DNA from: an uncultured Ignavibacteriales bacterium
Lineage (GTDB): Bacteria; Zixibacteria; MSB-5A5; GN15; JAAZOE01
Length of the DNA: 64,000 nucleotides
Direction of reading: 5' to 3'
Assembly (NCBI GenBank): GCA_964611355.1
Contig: CAZSYD010000002.1
Span: 10,409-74,408 of the forward strand
The position numbers and the translations under genes are program-made. The stretch's first letter is position 1; every line of letters starts with the position of its first letter. Positions 1-8,532 of this stretch are shown here, in pieces. The notes below the pieces were generated by a model. It had not been told where the DNA came from, made no database searches, and worked only from the letters and a program-made list of their open reading frames with translations.

Positions 1-2
1 TC

Positions 3-797
3 AGCCTGCAGACAGTCATAGTTGCAGGTACGGGTGAGGTTCATGGCGACGTTATGGCCAGGAATATTCGCCGGGAGGGCGGCGGTCGGATACTGGGTCG
101 GCGGCAGGAGATTCCCGTCCCGGAAATCGGGCGCATTAAAATCCCGCGATATATCAGCATAACGCCCGGTCTCGTCTCGCTGCTTATAACCGGCTTTGTG
201 GTATTTCTTTGCGTTATCATAATTGCCATTATCCCGGATAATATGAAACGCATTGTCGGCAAGGTCCGGAATGAAATCATAAAGTCATTTTTCTGGGGTC
301 TCCTGGTCTGGTTCTCGATTTTGCCGGTGTTTGTTCTCCTGCTGATTACCATTATCGGAATACCGGTAGCGCTTTTGGCATACCCTTTGATTATCGTTGC
401 TGCGCTGGTGCTGGCTTATGCAGCCGTAGCGGTTGGTCTCGGTGAAAGCTTATGCCCTCTTTTCGGTTGGCAGGATAGGTCAATCTATATCAAAGGCATT
501 TGCGGAGTTATTGCTCTTGAGGCTTGCCGCAATCTCTGGATATTCTGTAGCTTTATCGGCGCCGATCTTCTTGGTGATTTCCTCCTTCCTATATTTATAG
601 TCGTCTATGGCCTGGCCATGACCATTGGCATCGGTGCGGTGGTCTCAACAAGGTTCGGAATAAGGCCGAAAAAGCCAAAAGAACCGGGCGTTGAACCGGC
701 TCAGCAGCTACCGCCTGCTCCGCTAGTGAGTCCTCCTCCTCCGCCTACTCCGCCCCCGCCGCCCTCGCCGCCGGATTCAAAAAATGCAACCGAATAG
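3..797 (+). CDS. 5'-truncated membrane protein with bactofilin-like (polymer-forming cytoskeletal) beta-helix repeats, several TM helices and a Pro-rich C-tail
   Basis: Frame is open from position 3 (SLQTVIVAGTGEVHGDVMARNIRREGGGRILG, bactofilin-like repeat), so the true start is upstream of the window; about 5 hydrophobic segments follow; ends PPPPPTPPPPPSPP. Confidence 0.7.
   Translation, partial: SLQTVIVAGTGEVHGDVMARNIRREGGGRILGRRQEIPVPEIGRIKIPRYISITPGLVSLLITGFVVFLCVIIIAIIPDNMKRIVGKVRNEIIKSFFWGLLVWFSILPVFVLLLITIIGIPVALLAYPLIIVAALVLAYAAVAVGLGESLCPLFGWQDRSIYIKGICGVIALEACRNLWIFCSFIGADLLGDFLLPIFIVVYGLAMTIGIGAVVSTRFGIRPKKPKEPGVEPAQQLPPAPLVSPPPPPTPPPPPSPPDSKNATE
732..773 (+). repeat. Low-complexity CCN codon run encoding poly-proline
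   Basis: cct cct cct ccg cct act ccg ccc ccg ccg ccc tcg ccg ccg read directly. Confidence 0.9.
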
Positions 798-845
798 CCG
801 CCGGTTCCGTCAAATAAGATAAACCTTCAAATCGACAGGTGGAAC

Positions 846-1709
846 ATGGGACGGATTTCTATAAGCGTCGTCGCTGTCCTTCTGACTCTTTTTCTATGTA
901 CCTTTGCTTTTGCGCGGGATATGCAAAGGCTCGAAGAAAACATCCCCGATGACAGCGAAGTGAAAAAGATATATCTGGAGGCCAATATCGATCTGGCCCG
1001 GTTGCAGGTATATTCGCATGAGGGCGGCGGTATTCTATCGGGAGATGTCAGGTACGACGCCGATAAATTTGACGTTGACATTGAATACGAAAAATCAGGC
1101 GGCAGCGCCGATATTCAGCTTTTCTCCGAACAAAGGCGAAGAAGGCTGAATCTGGACACTGATGAAAATGATTGGAAAGTATCGCTTTCGCGTGATTACA
1201 TCTGGGATATTGATCTGGATATCGGTTTTACCGAGTGCACGATTGATCTTTCCGGACTTCCCCTGGAGCGTCTCGGGATTGATGTCGGGGCTTCGGAGTG
1301 TGAAATTGAGTTTAATCGGCCGAATCGCGAATCGTTAAAGAAACTTGATATTGATGCCGGAGCCGGAGAAGTCCGCATTCATGGGCTGGGATATGCCAAC
1401 TTCGAGGAATTCAAATTCGACGGCGGCGCGGGGGATTTCGTTTTTAACTTTGAAGGTCAGAAGAGCGGGTTCCGCAGGGCCAGGATCGATATCGGCGTCG
1501 GAGAAGTACGGCTTGAGATTCCGAAAAATCTGCCCGTGAGAATTGAAACCGGCGACAGCTGGTTAAGTTCAATAAATATCCGCGGAGAACGTTTGATTGA
1601 GGTTGATGACGACGTCTATGAAACCAAAGATTTCGGAGACGCCGAATATGGTCTGGAGATCGATCTTGACGTCGGTATAGGCGAGGCGGATATCACCTGG
1701 GTTAGGTGA
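846..1709 (+). CDS. Exported toast-rack / DUF2154 (LiaF-like) beta-solenoid protein
   Basis: N-terminal signal peptide (AFA-R); repeated xIDxGAGE/DxGVGE motifs typical of DUF2154/toast-rack proteins. Confidence 0.65.
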   Translation: MGRISISVVAVLLTLFLCTFAFARDMQRLEENIPDDSEVKKIYLEANIDLARLQVYSHEGGGILSGDVRYDADKFDVDIEYEKSGGSADIQLFSEQRRRRLNLDTDENDWKVSLSRDYIWDIDLDIGFTECTIDLSGLPLERLGIDVGASECEIEFNRPNRESLKKLDIDAGAGEVRIHGLGYANFEEFKFDGGAGDFVFNFEGQKSGFRRARIDIGVGEVRLEIPKNLPVRIETGDSWLSSINIRGERLIEVDDDVYETKDFGDAEYGLEIDLDVGIGEADITWVR

Positions 1710-1926
1710 GAATTTACCTTAATCGATATACAGATCGCAAACGCGGCGGACAGGAAAGATAGAGATTACTGCAGGCGGCGAGAAAAGGCTTGACTTTTGG
1801 CTGCCAATTTGGAAAATTGTCGTTTTGGGAAGAGCGGTGGTATTATGGAAACTTTATTTCCGATGGGGATTTTAGAACACGATTCTGATAAAGAGACGAA
1901 TAATTTCCAAGATATGGGGAGAACGA

Positions 1927-2262
1927 ATGAAGCTTAATCATCGCGAAGAAAACGACGTCGTGGTTATTGAACCCAAAGGGAAAATTATGGGTGGTCCGGA
2001 ATCGACCGAACTGCATGACCTGTTGCACGATATGATTGACAGGAGTAAGTTGAAAGTGGTCATTGATCTCAGCAAGGTTGACTGGATGAATTCCACCGGG
2101 CTGGGGCTTCTGATCTCCGGCCTGACGACTTTGCGGAAGGCCGGCGGCGAACTGAGACTGGCCAAGGTGACCGAAAAGATTCAGTCGCTTCTGACAATAA
2201 CCAAGCTGGTTACGGTTTTCAAAGTGTACGATTCGGTTGAAGAAGCGATTAACTCTTTTTAG
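1927..2262 (+). CDS. rsbV: STAS-domain anti-sigma factor antagonist (RsbV/SpoIIAA family)
   Basis: VIDLSKVDWMNSTGLGLL with the phosphoacceptor Ser; 111 aa; GGGGAG RBS. Confidence 0.93.
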   Translation: MKLNHREENDVVVIEPKGKIMGGPESTELHDLLHDMIDRSKLKVVIDLSKVDWMNSTGLGLLISGLTTLRKAGGELRLAKVTEKIQSLLTITKLVTVFKVYDSVEEAINSF

Positions 2263-2286
2263 GTTATGATACTCAGATAAGCTTAC

Positions 2287-2317
2287 GGCAGGTTGCGTTG
2301 CGGCCTGCCTTTTTTTT
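2287..2317 (+). terminator. Intrinsic terminator between rsbV and rsbW
   Basis: GGCAGGTTGC-GTT-GCGGCCTGCC stem (10 bp including two G-U) followed by 8 T. Confidence 0.75.
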
Positions 2318-2327
2318 GAGCGACGTT

Positions 2328-2750
2328 ATGAGCAATCCAACTTACCTGCCTGATGGCATTATCATTTCCTCATCCACTATTTATCTGGCTGATGTCAACC
2401 GTTACGTGGAGGAGAAGCTTTCTCAGGCGGGCATTGACGAATCTATTATAATCGACCTGGCCATATCCGTTTCCGAACTGGTCAACAATGCCATCGTTCA
2501 TGGTAACGGGGCCGATGCGTCAAAAGAGGTGGAGATTCGTTTTTCCATCACCGATACGGAGATAAAATTTTCCGTTCAGGATCAGGGCAAAGGATTCGAC
2601 TTGAACGAATTGCCGGATCCGATTGACGACGACAATCTGTTATGCGAGGTCGGGCGGGGATTGTTTATCGTCAGGAATTTTGTCGATGATGTGAACGTTT
2701 TACGCCTTCCCTCGGGCGGCACCCGGGTGGAGATCGTGAAAAACCTGTAG
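2328..2750 (+). CDS. rsbW: Anti-sigma factor / Ser kinase, HATPase_c_2 (RsbW family)
   Basis: SELVNNAIVHGN (N box), DQGKGFD (G1), GRGLFIV (G2); ATG 2328 preferred over TTG 2298, which lies inside the terminator. Confidence 0.9.
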   Translation: MSNPTYLPDGIIISSSTIYLADVNRYVEEKLSQAGIDESIIIDLAISVSELVNNAIVHGNGADASKEVEIRFSITDTEIKFSVQDQGKGFDLNELPDPIDDDNLLCEVGRGLFIVRNFVDDVNVLRLPSGGTRVEIVKNL

Positions 2751-2770
2751 TCCATAGCGGCCAATCCAAA

Positions 2771-5017
2771 ATGGATACGCAAAGCCTCATATTTACGATT
2801 ATTTATTTTGCCCTCGGAGCCGGGCTGATTTTCCTGTCGGTGCTGATCATCCGTGATTCGGTGCGGGTCAGGCTCAATCGTGTAACGGCGGCGATGTTGT
2901 TTCTGGCCGGGCTGGGGCCGGTTTTTACCGCTCTGGGTTCGGTGGTTTCCCCTTATCAAGCGGCGGCGCCGCTGAAGGAATCATATCTTTATAATTTATT
3001 CTACGTCTGGGAACTGTTTTTCCCCGTTCTTCTCTATTTTTCGTGGGTTTTCCCCAGGGATCGTCTGATCGGGAAGAAGATCAGGTGGCGGCTGCTTATT
3101 TTCGTACCCCATATTTTTCATATAATTCTTGTAGTCTTTTTCTATGACACCGAGCGTATCCTGGAATTTCTGACCGTCCAGCCCGGGGAAAGCGGGTTGA
3201 TTAACACTATCCTGGAACCGGTCACCTCGCTTTTGAAATGGCTGATGATCCCGCTCGGGCTTGTGTTGTCGTCGCATAAAAAGTTTTTCTCCCTGATAAA
3301 CCTGGCTTATGTCGCCCTGGCGCTTACTTATCTGTACAGGGGTATGAAGGCGGTCGAAATTCCCCGGCTGAAAAAACAGGTCAGGATACTGATTCTGGGC
3401 ATACATATATCGCTGGGGCTTTATATTTTTACCTTTATCCTGCCCGATCTGATCGGCCTTAGACTTTCCGAAACCCTTACTTCGCTTCTGACGGTTGCGG
3501 CCCTGGCGATAGGAGGCGGTTCGGTTGCCTGGGCGATTATCGGGTACCAGTTCCTCGATATCCGTCTTATTGTCCGCCAGTCCTTGGTTTATACCATCTC
3601 GTCCGCCCTGCTGGTCGGGGCTTACCTTATTGTTATTACCCGGTTGTCCGGCGTACTGGAGTCATTTCTCGGGGAACAGATGCCGCTTTTGAATATCGCC
3701 TTTATTATTATAGCTCTTATTCTCTTTCAGCCGATCAACAACTACGTTGACAATTTCATAAAGGGCATGTTTATCCGCGACCGGTCCGATTACCGCAACA
3801 TAATGGAAAGACTTTCGTCGCGAATTGTAAATATCCTTGATCGAACCAATCTGTTCCGCCTTGTGGAGGAAACGTTAAAAGGAAGCATGCTGGTTGGAGG
3901 AGTGAGTTTCGGCATTTATGATGACGCTCGACAGGCGTATCTGTATTTCCCCACGAGCGATGCCGATCCGGTCAGGCTCAGCAATACCGACCCGATGCTG
4001 GGAGCGATTGGACAGCTAAGCGTGCCAACCTTTTATGATCGGATTGAAGCCTGGCGCCGCGGTTCCACGCTGGCTACGATTCTGGGGGTCAACAACATTC
4101 ACGTAATCGTGCCCCTGCGGGCCAGGGAGCATTTGCTTGGGTTTATTGCCCTTACAAACAAGATATCCGGTTTCAAATTCAGCTTCGAAGATATGACTCT
4201 TCTTTCAACACTGGGAAATCAAATGGTGGTGGCGTTGACCAATGTAAGACTCTACCTGGAATCGCTCGAAAAAGAGCTCCTTGAAGAAGAGATGAAACTG
4301 GCCCGCCGGATTCAACTGGATTTGCTTCCCAAAAGGCCTCCCCGTGGAAAGGGGTTTTCGGTTGTCGCCCATAGCCAGCCGTCACGCACGGTAGGGGGCG
4401 ATTTTTATGATTTCGTTCCGACCAACAAGGCCGACGGGATAGCTATGGTTATCGCCGACGTCTCCGGCAAGGGGATGCCGGCGGCGCTCCTGGCGGCGCA
4501 GATCCAGGCGGTCCTGCGCACCGAAATATGCAACTGCAGGCTGGTATCCGAAACCATAACAAGTGTCAACAATATCATTGCCGGCTTGTCGTCGTCCTCC
4601 GGCAAGTACGCCACGCTTTTCTACGGCGAGTTCAATCCTGATACCAGCGAGTTTGAGTTCTCCAATGCCGGGCATAATTATCCCGTTCTGGTGCGCTCCG
4701 ACGGCAGTCACGAATTCCTCGAAACCGGCGGGCTGATAATCGGCGCTTTTGAGGGAAATCTTTACGAGTCGCATAAAGTAAAACTCGGCCCCGATGATCT
4801 GGTGTTTTGTTATACCGACGGCCTTTCGGAAGTGTGCGACGAGAAAGAAAATGAATTTGGCGAAGATCGAATCCTTGAGTATCTTAAGCAGAATCGTCAC
4901 CTTGCCCCGGATGAAATTAAAGACGGGATTTTGCGGCAGGTAAACAAGTTCTCTGCGTCCAGAACTCAGGAGGACGATACTACGCTGGTTATTCTAAAAA
5001 TTAACGGTCAGGCATGA
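2771..5017 (+). CDS. Membrane-bound PP2C/SpoIIE phosphatase (RsbU-like): multi-TM sensor, GAF-like domain, PP2C
   Basis: About 9-10 TM helices, central GAF-like region, PP2C motifs GGDFYD, IADVSGKG, NAGH, YTDGL, DDTT. Confidence 0.9.
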   Translation: MDTQSLIFTIIYFALGAGLIFLSVLIIRDSVRVRLNRVTAAMLFLAGLGPVFTALGSVVSPYQAAAPLKESYLYNLFYVWELFFPVLLYFSWVFPRDRLIGKKIRWRLLIFVPHIFHIILVVFFYDTERILEFLTVQPGESGLINTILEPVTSLLKWLMIPLGLVLSSHKKFFSLINLAYVALALTYLYRGMKAVEIPRLKKQVRILILGIHISLGLYIFTFILPDLIGLRLSETLTSLLTVAALAIGGGSVAWAIIGYQFLDIRLIVRQSLVYTISSALLVGAYLIVITRLSGVLESFLGEQMPLLNIAFIIIALILFQPINNYVDNFIKGMFIRDRSDYRNIMERLSSRIVNILDRTNLFRLVEETLKGSMLVGGVSFGIYDDARQAYLYFPTSDADPVRLSNTDPMLGAIGQLSVPTFYDRIEAWRRGSTLATILGVNNIHVIVPLRAREHLLGFIALTNKISGFKFSFEDMTLLSTLGNQMVVALTNVRLYLESLEKELLEEEMKLARRIQLDLLPKRPPRGKGFSVVAHSQPSRTVGGDFYDFVPTNKADGIAMVIADVSGKGMPAALLAAQIQAVLRTEICNCRLVSETITSVNNIIAGLSSSSGKYATLFYGEFNPDTSEFEFSNAGHNYPVLVRSDGSHEFLETGGLIIGAFEGNLYESHKVKLGPDDLVFCYTDGLSEVCDEKENEFGEDRILEYLKQNRHLAPDEIKDGILRQVNKFSASRTQEDDTTLVILKINGQA

Positions 5018-5018
5018 T

Positions 5019-5585
5019 ATGAAAGATGAAGATCTTATTTACTTAATCAGCGGAAAAAAGGTTACCGGAATTGATGATTATAAGGGATACCGGTTCTGCC
5101 CCCGGTGTGGGGCGGAGTTGGTGATATCGGAAGTCGAAGATAAAACCCGACCGCATTGCCCGTCGTGCGGCTTTATATATTATCAGAATCCGACTCCCGC
5201 CGCCGGCGCGATGATCGTCAAGGACGATAAAATTCTGCTGGTTAAGCGTTCGATTGATCCGGGTAAAGGCGACTGGTGTATTCCGGCGGGGTTTTGCGAA
5301 TGGACCGAGCATCCCCAGCAGACCGCCGTGCGCGAAATAAGGGAAGAGACGGGACTCGACATCAGGATAGACGGTATGTTTGACATCTTTATGGGGATGG
5401 ATGATCCCCGGACGCATGCCGTTTTGATTTTATACCTTGCCCGGATTCTCGGTGGGGAGTTGACTCCCGGTGACGACGCCGCTGACGCCCGCTACTTTGA
5501 TTTCGATGAGATTCCATCCGATATCGCCTTTCAGGCGCATCGTGACGCCCTGGCTCTTTACCGAAAGCGGTACCTCAACCGGTAA
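5019..5585 (+). CDS. Zn-ribbon NUDIX hydrolase (ADP-ribose pyrophosphatase-like)
   Basis: CPRC...CPSC zinc ribbon and Nudix box GFCEWTEHPQQTAVREIREETGL. Confidence 0.9.
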   Translation: MKDEDLIYLISGKKVTGIDDYKGYRFCPRCGAELVISEVEDKTRPHCPSCGFIYYQNPTPAAGAMIVKDDKILLVKRSIDPGKGDWCIPAGFCEWTEHPQQTAVREIREETGLDIRIDGMFDIFMGMDDPRTHAVLILYLARILGGELTPGDDAADARYFDFDEIPSDIAFQAHRDALALYRKRYLNR

Positions 5586-5590
5586 GCGCT

Positions 5591-7060
5591 ATGCTGCTTC
5601 GAACCAGGATATTTCGCCAGCTTGTTGCCCTTGCCCTTATTCCTTCATGTATAATCGCACTGGCGGCGTGTTTCCTCCTATTTCGGGCGGTCGATCAAAC
5701 GAGCCGATGGGTGTCGGCTTCGTCTCCGGACAGGACCATAAATTCCCTGCGGATTGTTGAAACGCGGCTGCAGGAAACGGCGCAGGAAATCCTTGCGGCG
5801 ATTGACCCGGATGATTTGAATAGTACCGATTCGATTTTTGATTGGTTTATTGTTATAAGAAATGGCGAAATTATCATTTCAGAGGTTTATGTTGACCTGC
5901 CGCCCGGAATGGATTCCATCATAAGCCATAGCCTGAAAAAAGCCGGTCCGATACGAGAAATCACCGGCCAAAATATCGCTATCGGGTCATCGGTATTCAA
6001 AAACGGTCGCCTGATCGCGGGCGGGTTTGTTTTAGATCGTGAATATTTGAGTGGTTTTGAAGCGGCTTCGGCCAGCCTGAGTGAGAACCGGGGTTACGGA
6101 AATATTCTTCCGGCCTTTTTGCTTTTTATTGTTGTCGCCGGTGCGTCTGTCTTAATAGTCGTAATTATCGTTGCGTACTTTCTTTCGCGTCGTCTTTCGG
6201 CGTCGATTACCACCCCACTGGAAAAACTGGCGGGATTTTCGAATACCGTTGCCGAAGGAAAGAGACCCGATAGAATCGCCGTAACCGGCACCGATGAGGT
6301 TATCGCGCTGGCGGAAACCTTGAACCGTATGACGGACGATTTAGAACAAAGCCGTCGGCGTTTGATGGCGGCCGAACGGGTGGCGGCCTGGCAGGAGTTC
6401 GCCCGGCGGATGGCTCATGAACTGAAAAACCCGTTGACGCCGATTTCAGTTTCGCTTTACCGCATCAAAAAGAAGCTCGAAGATCGCGGCGATTACGATA
6501 AGTACGCAGAACCGATAGAGGCGATTACCGCTGAAGTGTCGCATCTTGAAAGGCTGGCAGGTGATTATGCGTCGCTGGCCAAACTGCCTGAGCCGAAATT
6601 CGCGGCGTTCGAATTCAACGGTTTGGTCCGCGAGGTTGTCGAGCTTTTTGCCGCCCAGCTTGAAGAATATCGCCTGGAAAATAAAATAGAAGGCGGCGCG
6701 GTTGAGATTAAAGGCGATCCGGATCGTTTGCGCGAGGTGATGGTTAATTTGCTCAAAAATGCCGTTGAGTTTGCTCCCGGCGGCGGCCGGATTGCAATTA
6801 CCGCCGGTCACGAGGAAAACCGGGTATTTTTCTCGGTAGCAAACGACAATAAGGATACCGGCGTGAGCGAGGATAATCTCCGGGCGGCGAAGATGCCGTA
6901 TTTTACCACCCGCGAAGGCGGAGGCGGTCTGGGTTTGGCGATTTCCGAGAAGATTATTATTGATCACGGTGGCAGTCTGACTTTACGTTTGAGAGATGGG
7001 ATGACGGAAGCAAGATTTGAAATTCCTGACGGACAATCGGCACGGGAAATCAGCCAATGA
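5591..7060 (+). CDS. HAMP sensor histidine kinase (NtrY-like)
   Basis: Two TMs, HAMP, H box AWQEFARRMAHELKNPLTPI (NtrY-like), N box NLLKNA, G2 GLGLAI. Confidence 0.88.
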   Translation: MLLRTRIFRQLVALALIPSCIIALAACFLLFRAVDQTSRWVSASSPDRTINSLRIVETRLQETAQEILAAIDPDDLNSTDSIFDWFIVIRNGEIIISEVYVDLPPGMDSIISHSLKKAGPIREITGQNIAIGSSVFKNGRLIAGGFVLDREYLSGFEAASASLSENRGYGNILPAFLLFIVVAGASVLIVVIIVAYFLSRRLSASITTPLEKLAGFSNTVAEGKRPDRIAVTGTDEVIALAETLNRMTDDLEQSRRRLMAAERVAAWQEFARRMAHELKNPLTPISVSLYRIKKKLEDRGDYDKYAEPIEAITAEVSHLERLAGDYASLAKLPEPKFAAFEFNGLVREVVELFAAQLEEYRLENKIEGGAVEIKGDPDRLREVMVNLLKNAVEFAPGGGRIAITAGHEENRVFFSVANDNKDTGVSEDNLRAAKMPYFTTREGGGGLGLAISEKIIIDHGGSLTLRLRDGMTEARFEIPDGQSAREISQ

Positions 7061-8391
7061 TACTTATAATCGACGATGAAAAATATATCCGTTCCTCGCT
7101 ATCGGGTCTTCTTGATGATGAAGGATATAAAACGGCCGCCGTGGAATCAGCCGAAAAGGGTGAAAAGCTTCTGCAATCGCAGGATGTCGAATTGATTCTA
7201 CTTGATATTCAGATGCCGGGCAAGGACGGTCTCACCTTTCTCGAAGATAATAAATCACGCTTGCAGGGTATTCCCGTAATCATAATATCCGGCCGGGGGG
7301 ATATCCCCACGGCGGTATCGGCCATTAAGCTTGGCGCTTACGATTATATCGAAAAGCCGTTAAATCCGGAACGCGTATTGTTGACGATAACGCAGGCTCT
7401 TCGATTGTCGCGATCGCTTGAAGCCGAAAAAAAACTGGTCGGCCATATTCTCGACCGTTATCGGATAATCGGTCGATCGCAGGCGGTCACCCGGTTGGAG
7501 CAAATGATTACCAAAGCGGCGGCGACCGATGCGACTGTCCTGATCACCGGCGAAAACGGTACCGGCAAGGAGCTGGTAGCCTGTCATATCCATTATCGGT
7601 CGAATCGCAGGGCTGAACCGATGGTGGTTGTCAATTGTCCCGCCATTGCCGAACAGTTGTTCGAATCGGAACTGTTCGGTTATGTCAAAGGCGCCTTTAC
7701 CGGCGCCGGTACGGATCGGACCGGCCGATTCGAAAAAGCTCACGGCGGAACGCTGTTTCTCGACGAGATTGGCGAATTGCCGCTCTCTCTGCAGCCGAAA
7801 CTCCTGAGGGTTCTGGAAACCGGCCAATTCGAGAAGGTTGGGTCGGATGAAACCATCTCCGTCGATTGCCGCCTGATTGCCGCCACCAATCGGAATCTGA
7901 AAGAGATGATCGAAAAATCCAAATTCCGAGAGGATTTGTTTTATCGCCTTAACGTGGTGACCATAAACGTTCCTCCGCTTGGTTCCCGCCCTGATGACAT
8001 TCCTTTGCTGGTCGATCATTTTTTGGGGCGGATGAACGTTGAAAACGAGTATGCTTTCTCATCGGAGGCAATCGGCGCGATGGCTTCTTATGATTGGCCG
8101 GGGAATATCCGCCAGTTGAAAAACTTCATCCAGCAGATCGTTTTTAACTGCGAACCTGGAACGGTTGGAGTCGATGATGTTTCGCGAGTTTATTATAATC
8201 AGCACGGTATTGAATCATATCCGGCAGGCCGGAGCGAAAGCGGGCTGGCCGCTGCCGTGCGCCAGTTTGAAACCGGCTATCTTTCGAGATTATATCAAAA
8301 ACATAATGGCAATATATCGGCCATGGCGCGGGAGTTGAATATGGACCGCGGTAATCTCTCGAAAAAGCTGAGGCAACTCAAGATCGTGTAG
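7057..8391 (+). CDS. Sigma54-dependent response regulator (NtrX/NtrC-like)
   Basis: REC (LLDIQMP), Walker A GENGTGKE, GAFTGA loop, FLDEIG, C-terminal HTH; overlaps the kinase stop (ATGA). Confidence 0.92.
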   Translation: MILIIDDEKYIRSSLSGLLDDEGYKTAAVESAEKGEKLLQSQDVELILLDIQMPGKDGLTFLEDNKSRLQGIPVIIISGRGDIPTAVSAIKLGAYDYIEKPLNPERVLLTITQALRLSRSLEAEKKLVGHILDRYRIIGRSQAVTRLEQMITKAAATDATVLITGENGTGKELVACHIHYRSNRRAEPMVVVNCPAIAEQLFESELFGYVKGAFTGAGTDRTGRFEKAHGGTLFLDEIGELPLSLQPKLLRVLETGQFEKVGSDETISVDCRLIAATNRNLKEMIEKSKFREDLFYRLNVVTINVPPLGSRPDDIPLLVDHFLGRMNVENEYAFSSEAIGAMASYDWPGNIRQLKNFIQQIVFNCEPGTVGVDDVSRVYYNQHGIESYPAGRSESGLAAAVRQFETGYLSRLYQKHNGNISAMARELNMDRGNLSKKLRQLKIV

Positions 8392-8486
8392 ATTTTACCT
8401 GCCCCTTCGGTCGCATGGTGTGTAATAATAACTCGTTTCCGTAACCGATATTTTTATAACGTCAAAAAATTCAGACAGTTATAATT

Positions 8487-8503
8487 TCGGCACGACGTTT
8501 GAT
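8487..8503 (+). promoter_or_regulatory. Possible sigma54 -24/-12 promoter (variant)
   Basis: TCGGCACGACGTTTGAT versus consensus YTGGCACGRNNNTTGCW; correct GG-N10 spacing but GA instead of GC at -12. Confidence 0.35.
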
Positions 8504-8532
8504 TGTCTTCCGGGCAAAAAGAGGAGGAGAAG

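Noticed and set aside
1790-1818. Sigma70 promoter for rsbV (TTGACT-N17-AAAATT)
   Set aside because: The -10 lacks the conserved first T; too weak to call
7360-8019. 219-aa minus-strand ORF
   Set aside because: Common antisense shadow of sigma54 AAA domains
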